DNA of 30,223 bases from a virus (lineage: Duplodnaviria > Caudoviricetes), in the IMG/VR virus record IMGVR_UViG_3300010362_000074, positions 1 to 30,223 of that record. The stretch is one strand, 5' to 3'. A model generated the notes under the pieces. That model was not told the DNA's origin. It did not search any database and was given only the letters and a program-made list of their open reading frames with translations. How positions within the stretch are numbered: the first letter of the stretch is position 1; the number at the start of each line of letters is the position of its first letter. A program made the translations under genes and the position numbers. Below, in pieces: positions 26,754 to 30,223 of this stretch.

Positions 26754-28129
26754 TATAGACCTCCGTCCGTAGTTTGCGCGAGGATCGCGGCCGAATCGCT
26801 CGCCGCTTGAATAGGTGGAAGGTTCTCGATAGCTCGCGCCTCGTCCACTGTGAGCACACCAGACTCAATCATCGTCTTGTATGCGTTAGCGCGTCCCTCG
26901 ATGGTCGGCCGGACAAGAGACTCCGAATCGTGGCGTACCCACTGTCCACGAGGGAGAGCCCAACCGCTTAGCGCTTGCATCATGTTGAATGACATCGCGC
27001 GGAGCGTGGCTCGCCAGAGGAAATCGAAGGTTCCCTCTACGGTTGTGTACGTCAACCCATCGGCCATTGGCAGTCCGACGAACCATAGTGGAACGCCGAA
27101 CACGGAAGCGATACGAGCCTCGTCAAACGTACGGAGATCGAGGAGCCCGATGTCCGATGGCTTAAGATTGAGCGGCGTATACGTCAACCCTCCACTAAGG
27201 ACGGCCGGAAGCACGCCACGACTCAACGCGGCCTCAGCCCACGAACGTTTGAGATCCGTCGCTTGATCCTTCGTGAGCTTCGTCGCGGACTGGAGTACGG
27301 CCGTAGGAATGCCGTTGCTGACCGCAAGCTCCGTGCCGTACCGCTCCAGCGCGTCCGCGCTCGCTAGGTTGCGTGCGGCCGCTTCGAGCGGTCCAACACC
27401 GTGCGCGAGACCTGGCCACGTCTGATAGCGAACATGAAGAATCTCCGCGCGTGGAATCTCGCCAAACTCCGGGAGCGTGTACGTCGGGAGCCCGAACGAG
27501 TTTTCGTCCACTTGCACCATGTCAGGGTTGAGGACAACCATGCGTGCCACTGTGTTGTCCGCGTACCGCGCCGTTGCGACAACGAACGTCTCGCCCCGCA
27601 TGAGCAGCGAGTTAACGAAACACTTGGTAAAGTCCACAATGGACGTATAGAGCTCTGGCTCCGGGTTCTCCGTCCACGGTGTTGCCGGTATCGGCTCCGA
27701 ATCTCTCGTTTGCAGAATCTTCATTGTGGACAGCGTTCGCGAGATTAGATCGATACACGCGAACACCGTGGAGATACGCCCCTCCAGCAGCGGGCCACCG
27801 AAACCGAATCGACCCCACCACATACCCGTCTTGTCGAAGAACGGTGGCTCCCAATCCGTTGGCCAACCGGCCCAACGTGTCCCATGTGGATAGCCAAGCT
27901 CGTCCGGCAGCTTGTTACCGTCGCCACCGATAGGGAAGTCACCAGGGCGACCCACTTCGACCACAGTGGACGGAGGCCGCGGCGCACCGACAAACACGCG
28001 CGGACCAACGCCCCACGTATAGCCACCACCGGGCAGGCGTTGCCCTACCCCGGTGTCACTGTAGACAATGGACGCAGGCAACGTATTGATGTCAACCGTG
28101 GATCCCTTCGCCCGCGTACTTCTACGCAC
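26753..28129 (-). CDS. Portal protein, HK97 family
   Basis: VFACIDLIS, LLMRGETF, EILHVR, GVGPL, IASVFGVP, LTVDEARAIENLPP motifs. Start moved to GTG 28129 after GGAG. Confidence 0.93.
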   Translation of the reverse strand: MRRSTRAKGSTVDINTLPASIVYSDTGVGQRLPGGGYTWGVGPRVFVGAPRPPSTVVEVGRPGDFPIGGDGNKLPDELGYPHGTRWAGWPTDWEPPFFDKTGMWWGRFGFGGPLLEGRISTVFACIDLISRTLSTMKILQTRDSEPIPATPWTENPEPELYTSIVDFTKCFVNSLLMRGETFVVATARYADNTVARMVVLNPDMVQVDENSFGLPTYTLPEFGEIPRAEILHVRYQTWPGLAHGVGPLEAAARNLASADALERYGTELAVSNGIPTAVLQSATKLTKDQATDLKRSWAEAALSRGVLPAVLSGGLTYTPLNLKPSDIGLLDLRTFDEARIASVFGVPLWFVGLPMADGLTYTTVEGTFDFLWRATLRAMSFNMMQALSGWALPRGQWVRHDSESLVRPTIEGRANAYKTMIESGVLTVDEARAIENLPPIQAASDSAAILAQTTDGGL

Positions 28130-28143
28130 CGTCTCAACTCCAA

Positions 28144-29535
28144 TCAGTAGATGGCAACGGATCCCTCGTTGTGTTCCAAGGCATAGAGCGCGCACGATGC
28201 CGCAATGAGCGCGGTTGGCGGAGTCGCCGTACGTCGGTCCCAAACCCAACCACCGGTGAGTTGTCGCGCGATCGCGGATACACAGTCACCAATGAGCGCC
28301 GGCGAACGTCCTATGTGGATAGCTCCCTCCGTGACCCGTTGCACGAACGCGGCGCACGCGGCGGGATATTGACCGTACTTAAGCGGCATGCCGGCAACGT
28401 CATGCTCACGGTCCGCGCGCTCCATGAGGTCAGTGATCCCTCCACGAGCGTCGTACGCCACCGGATCCGCACCGTACGAGGAAGTGAGCCAGCCAAGCCG
28501 CTCCGGGAGCCAACCGGCTCCAGGACGCGTTTCGACCAACGTCACTACCGGCAAGCCATCGTCAGCGATGAACGCGGCCGCGATAGCCGCTCCGGTGCGT
28601 CCCTCGTTGCCAGCGACATCGACGCCCCAACCGATGCGCGCTCCGCGCTCCGGCCGTGGATCGTCTACGGCTAGGTTGTTAATGTCCTCTTCGGACAGTA
28701 CGGCTTCCACGGCTGACTCGCTCCACACGCCGAGCCGCTCACGTTGGAACGACTTGACGGACATCGATTCAAGCTCGCGCTGGATACTGTGCTCCGTGAG
28801 CCGGTACCCGTAACCCGGATTGACGCGCGCCCATAGTCGTGGATCCCGATGGTCCTCCGTCGCGTCCGCGTGCCATTCCCAATAGGCGAAGCGCGGAGAG
28901 ACCTTCGAGTGTCCACGTTGGCGGAGCTTGAGCAGGACGAGAGCCTCCCATGTGGACGCTGAAGACAGGTAATAGACCTGCGGGTTTGGCCGCGCTGACA
29001 GTGACGGGATAGTGGAGGCTGTCACTTCCTCGCTCAAAGCGAACGCTTCGTCAAACAGCAAACAGTCCGGCGAGAAACCACGACCGGACGTGCGCGTACG
29101 AGCGATCAATCGAAAGCGAGCACCATTCGTAAACTCCACTTGCTCGCCACCGGAGCGCACGCGGATGCGGGACACGAACGGGGATAGGACGTCGGACTCA
29201 CACACGTCGCGCATCGTTCGCCAAACCTCTTGTGCCGTGCGGTACTCGTGCGCGGAGTAAAGGATCAACTTTTCGCCATAGACGAGGATGCCCGCCAGGG
29301 CGCGAGCGATGATCAAGAAAGACTTGCCATTTTGACGTGGGACGATGGCCACGTTTTCGAACGCGGACCACCGTCCATTGTGGTCAGTACGCGCGGACTC
29401 TGAGAGGATCTCCGCTTGCCATGGATCAAGGTCCATACCGATGGCGCGAGCGAGCTTGACCCCGGAGTCATCCGGCGTACCGTCCGGCAAGCTCCGCGTT
29501 GTCGCTTCCTGCGTACCGTAAAGATCAACCGGCAT
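28144..29535 (-). CDS. terL: Terminase large subunit
   Basis: LDPWQ, Walker A VPRQNGKS, Walker B LLFDEA, nuclease GVDV. Confidence 0.95.
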   Translation of the reverse strand: MPVDLYGTQEATTRSLPDGTPDDSGVKLARAIGMDLDPWQAEILSESARTDHNGRWSAFENVAIVPRQNGKSFLIIARALAGILVYGEKLILYSAHEYRTAQEVWRTMRDVCESDVLSPFVSRIRVRSGGEQVEFTNGARFRLIARTRTSGRGFSPDCLLFDEAFALSEEVTASTIPSLSARPNPQVYYLSSASTWEALVLLKLRQRGHSKVSPRFAYWEWHADATEDHRDPRLWARVNPGYGYRLTEHSIQRELESMSVKSFQRERLGVWSESAVEAVLSEEDINNLAVDDPRPERGARIGWGVDVAGNEGRTGAAIAAAFIADDGLPVVTLVETRPGAGWLPERLGWLTSSYGADPVAYDARGGITDLMERADREHDVAGMPLKYGQYPAACAAFVQRVTEGAIHIGRSPALIGDCVSAIARQLTGGWVWDRRTATPPTALIAASCALYALEHNEGSVAIY

Positions 29536-29827
29536 GTGCCGATCCGCCGATCTTGCGCGCTCGCGCGGAGGCAAGCTCGTCCAGCACGGCCGCTAAGCCC
29601 GCTGGAGGCGTCGCTGCGGGCTCAACGGGCTCCGGTGGTACCTCAGGACGGTCCGCGAGCGTGAGAGCCCGTAACTCTTTCTGAGCCGCCACAAACGCGC
29701 GGATGTAGCCAAGCCGTACGCGGTGATCCGTCTCCGTGTCGATCGACTCCGCGAGCCGGAAGACGAGAGCCTCAACGGCCGCGCGGTTGCTCACGAGCAA
29801 CGCGGTTCCGATGCGAGGGATCACCAT
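29525..29827 (-). CDS. terS: Terminase small subunit (putative)
   Basis: Between HNH and terL, helical, ends LDELASARARK. Exact start uncertain. Confidence 0.65.
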   Translation of the reverse strand: MVIPRIGTALLVSNRAAVEALVFRLAESIDTETDHRVRLGYIRAFVAAQKELRALTLADRPEVPPEPVEPAATPPAGLAAVLDELASARARKIGGSAHAG

Positions 29828-30081
29828 GACGCGCTCCACGACGGTGTGAGCGCCGCGTTGCCGCGCGCAGAGTTACAACTCCGGTGCGCCGGCCGGCCGT
29901 TCTCGATGCTCCAGCGGAGCGCCGGATGCGTGGAGACGGGTTTCAAGTGGTCCACTGTGTCGGCTCCAGCGCGGCCGCAAAGGTGGCAGAGCGAGCCGTA
30001 CGCCGCGAACACTGCCGCGTTGTACGCGCGCACACGACGTCCATTGACGGCCGGACCCATGCCGCGAATCGATCCGGACAT
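29821..30081 (-). CDS. HNH endonuclease, packaging-associated
   Basis: CHLCG...DTVDHLKP...N.RPAHRSCNSARG. Confidence 0.9.
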   Translation of the reverse strand: MSGSIRGMGPAVNGRRVRAYNAAVFAAYGSLCHLCGRAGADTVDHLKPVSTHPALRWSIENGRPAHRSCNSARGNAALTPSWSASW

Positions 30082-30223
30082 GGCAGGCAAGCTAACCGGC
30101 CGATGGGGGAGGTCGACAGTCCCTTTAGGACATCAAATCAATCGACGGCTGACATTAATCGAGAAACGTCAGTAGGCCGCATCGATCGGTCTCGTTCGGG
30201 CCGTTCCGCGCGAGATCGTCAAG

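Larger units (their letters stand above)
768..29385. repeat. Dispersed 13-bp palindrome GTCCAC-N-GTGGAC (about 47 copies with <=2 mismatches)
   Basis: One-mismatch copies start at 4268, 4297, 4467, 4992, 7917, 7978, 8583, 13701, 21578, 22589, 27632 and 27959. About 35 two-mismatch copies were found by manual scan. Confidence 0.9.
1..30223. mobile_element. Temperate siphovirus genome (near complete), probably actinobacterial host
   Basis: Packaging, head, tail, lysis, integration and replication modules present; high GC; no host genes seen. Confidence 0.9.

Noticed and set aside
768-29385. Reading the GTCCAC/GTGGAC motif as actinobacterial DnaA boxes (TTGTCCACA) or as parS
   Set aside because: Copies usually lack the leading TT (flanks are more often CT/ACT), come as fixed-spacing inverted pairs and are dispersed rather than clustered at an origin. 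They do not match the parS consensus GTTTCACGTGAAAC. Some DnaA cross-binding cannot be excluded.
12982-30175. Many long plus-strand ORFs opposite the structural genes, and other shadow ORFs in the track
   Set aside because: They are antisense or alternate-frame shadows typical of high-GC DNA, lack recognisable motifs, and overlap well-supported genes.
1-30223. Joining the two ends into a complete circular genome
   Set aside because: The edge ORF would read in frame across the join (...GWRVEK-LDDLARNG...FLD*), but there is no terminal repeat or other support, so this may be chance.
30082-30223. Possible cos/packaging site upstream of the HNH gene
   Set aside because: The position is plausible for an HNH-terminase phage, but no sequence feature identifies it; read-end data would be needed.

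Overview
The window is almost a whole genome of a GC-rich temperate siphovirus with an HK97-type head, most likely an actinobacteriophage. I see no host DNA, and both ends fall inside phage sequence. Minus strand 30081->12619 is the virion module: HNH, small and large terminase, portal, prohead protease, an inserted adaptor + collagen/Gly-rich fibre pair, major capsid, connectors, major tail, an endolysin inside the tail operon, a -1-frameshifted tail chaperone, tape measure, minor tail/receptor-binding proteins, and two small proteins sharing an N-terminal motif. The centre (8404-12535) has an XRE repressor, an Xis-like HTH gene, a membrane protein with its own terminator, and a plus-strand operon ending in a large serine integrase. 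Minus strand 8265->1 is the early/replication module: Cas4-like exonuclease, C5 cytosine methyltransferase, SSB-like protein, an amino-MTase homologue lacking its DPPY motif, primase-helicase, Holliday junction resolvase, HigA-like HTH and several microproteins. The strongest unexplained signal is a 13-bp palindrome, GTCCAC-N-GTGGAC. By hand I count about 47 copies within 2 mismatches against about 2 expected by chance. Most copies lie in coding DNA, some are made by synonymous codon choice, and several sit on start/stop junctions, which suggests a genome-wide protein-binding-site system. Product calls come from motif recognition only, and all counts are manual.
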